A DNA stretch of 54,336 bases from Candidatus Hodarchaeota archaeon (GTDB lineage Archaea; Asgardarchaeota; Heimdallarchaeia; Hodarchaeales; Hodarchaeaceae), in assembly GCA_016839815.1 (NCBI GenBank), contig JAEOTM010000070.1, positions 1-54,336 of the forward strand. The letters run 5' to 3'. Made by a program: the position numbers and the translations under genes. Positions 53,489 through 54,336 of the stretch are shown here, one piece after another. A model generated the notes under the pieces. The model searched no databases, was not told the DNA's origin, and saw nothing but the letters and a program-made list of their open reading frames with translations. The stretch's first letter is position 1; the number at the start of each line of letters is the position of its first letter.

Positions 53489-54196
53489 ATGAGTAATCAG
53501 ACCTCCATAAGTGAAACAACTGTTTTAATTCCGACTTTGAATGAGGAAAATAACATAGACAACATGATTACGAAATTAATTAGCTTTTATCCAGAAATTT
53601 CCATTGTAGTTGCTGATGATGGATCAAAAGATAAAACTGGAACTATTGTAACGGATTTTCATTCTCAAAATCCTCGGATAAGATTACTTGATCGAAAAGA
53701 TAAGGAAGTCAAAGGATTAACAATTTCACTTATTGACGCATTAGAAATTACAGAGACTCGTTATTTTATTGTAATTGACTGTGATTTTCAACATCCTCCA
53801 GAAAAGATCGGTGAAGGAATCGAATTATTTGGTCAGGATAATCAGATAATTATCGGCACCCGAACTAGTGTTGAAGGGTGGAGTATTAAAAGGAAAATAA
53901 TTTCTTGGGGAGCCACAACCTTGGGGAAAATCAGCTTGTTCATAAGAAGAAGGAAAAGACCTAAAGACATTATGAGCGGGTTTTTTGGAGGTGAAACGGA
54001 ATTTGTGAGGTCAATTATTCGTAATCATCCCAAAACTGTCTCACCACGTGGGTATAAACTCCTCTTTGACGTGTTAAAGGTTTTACCAAAGGATACGAAA
54101 ATCGGTGAATTTTATTACGAATTTCAAACACGATCTGCAGGTGAATCGAAGATCGGAATGAAACATATTCTTGTGTATTTCCGTTCACTATTTTAA
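53489..54196 (+). CDS. GT2 glycosyltransferase, dolichol-phosphate mannose synthase (DPM1)-like
   Basis: VLIPTLNE, DDGSKDKT, IDCDFQHPPE (DxD), DIMSGFF, GYK, RSAGESK. Confidence 0.9.
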   Translation: MSNQTSISETTVLIPTLNEENNIDNMITKLISFYPEISIVVADDGSKDKTGTIVTDFHSQNPRIRLLDRKDKEVKGLTISLIDALEITETRYFIVIDCDFQHPPEKIGEGIELFGQDNQIIIGTRTSVEGWSIKRKIISWGATTLGKISLFIRRRKRPKDIMSGFFGGETEFVRSIIRNHPKTVSPRGYKLLFDVLKVLPKDTKIGEFYYEFQTRSAGESKIGMKHILVYFRSLF

Positions 54197-54218
54197 AAGG
54201 AAAAAAGGTATTAATGGC

Positions 54219-54335
54219 TTAAACCTGTCTTTGTTCGGGAACAGTTCGTTGTGGGGTAGCCTTTAAGCGACTGGTGGTCCGACTAGTTTTTCGTTGATTC
54301 TCTACAAATCTCATTACATTTGTCCCAAGTAGACC
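54219..54335 (-). CDS. C-terminal end of a gene extending beyond the window
   Basis: Open minus-strand frame ...GLLGTNVMRFVENQRKTSRTTSRLKATPQRTVPEQRQV* convergent on the GT2 gene. Confidence 0.35.
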   Translation of the reverse strand, partial: GLLGTNVMRFVENQRKTSRTTSRLKATPQRTVPEQRQV

Positions 54336-54336
54336 A

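Overview
AT-rich, gene-dense archaeal chromosomal segment. It is most likely from an Asgard archaeon (Heimdallarchaeia-like). This is inferred from five Rab/Arf-like small GTPases, archaeal Topo VI, ScpA and PorABDG, and a DPM1-like glycosyltransferase. The window is rich in chromosome-maintenance genes: a tightly coupled gyrB-gyrA-top6B-top6A-(kinase-like) run, uvrB/uvrC, smc-scpA plus two ScpB/KITE paralogues, and an orphan DUF499 ATPase. The standout is a remodelled Topo VI. Top6B is 2318 aa, with an intact GHKL/H2TH/transducer core followed by about 28 tandem ~60-aa alpha-CTD/RadA-N-like helix-hairpin-helix repeats. Its Top6A (Spo11-family) partner carries an N-terminal segment that aligns without gaps to ubiquitin, and an atypical kinase-fold gene follows 12 bp later. 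Other notable items: a filter-less 2TM-RCK protein with a separately encoded soluble RCK paralogue, a TrmB wHTH-coiled-coil protein inside the SMC locus, a probable CTG start for uvrB, and a PH-like/alpha-beta-hydrolase fusion. No rRNA, tRNA, CRISPR array or transposase was recognised. All family calls are by eye from motifs; no database search was run.
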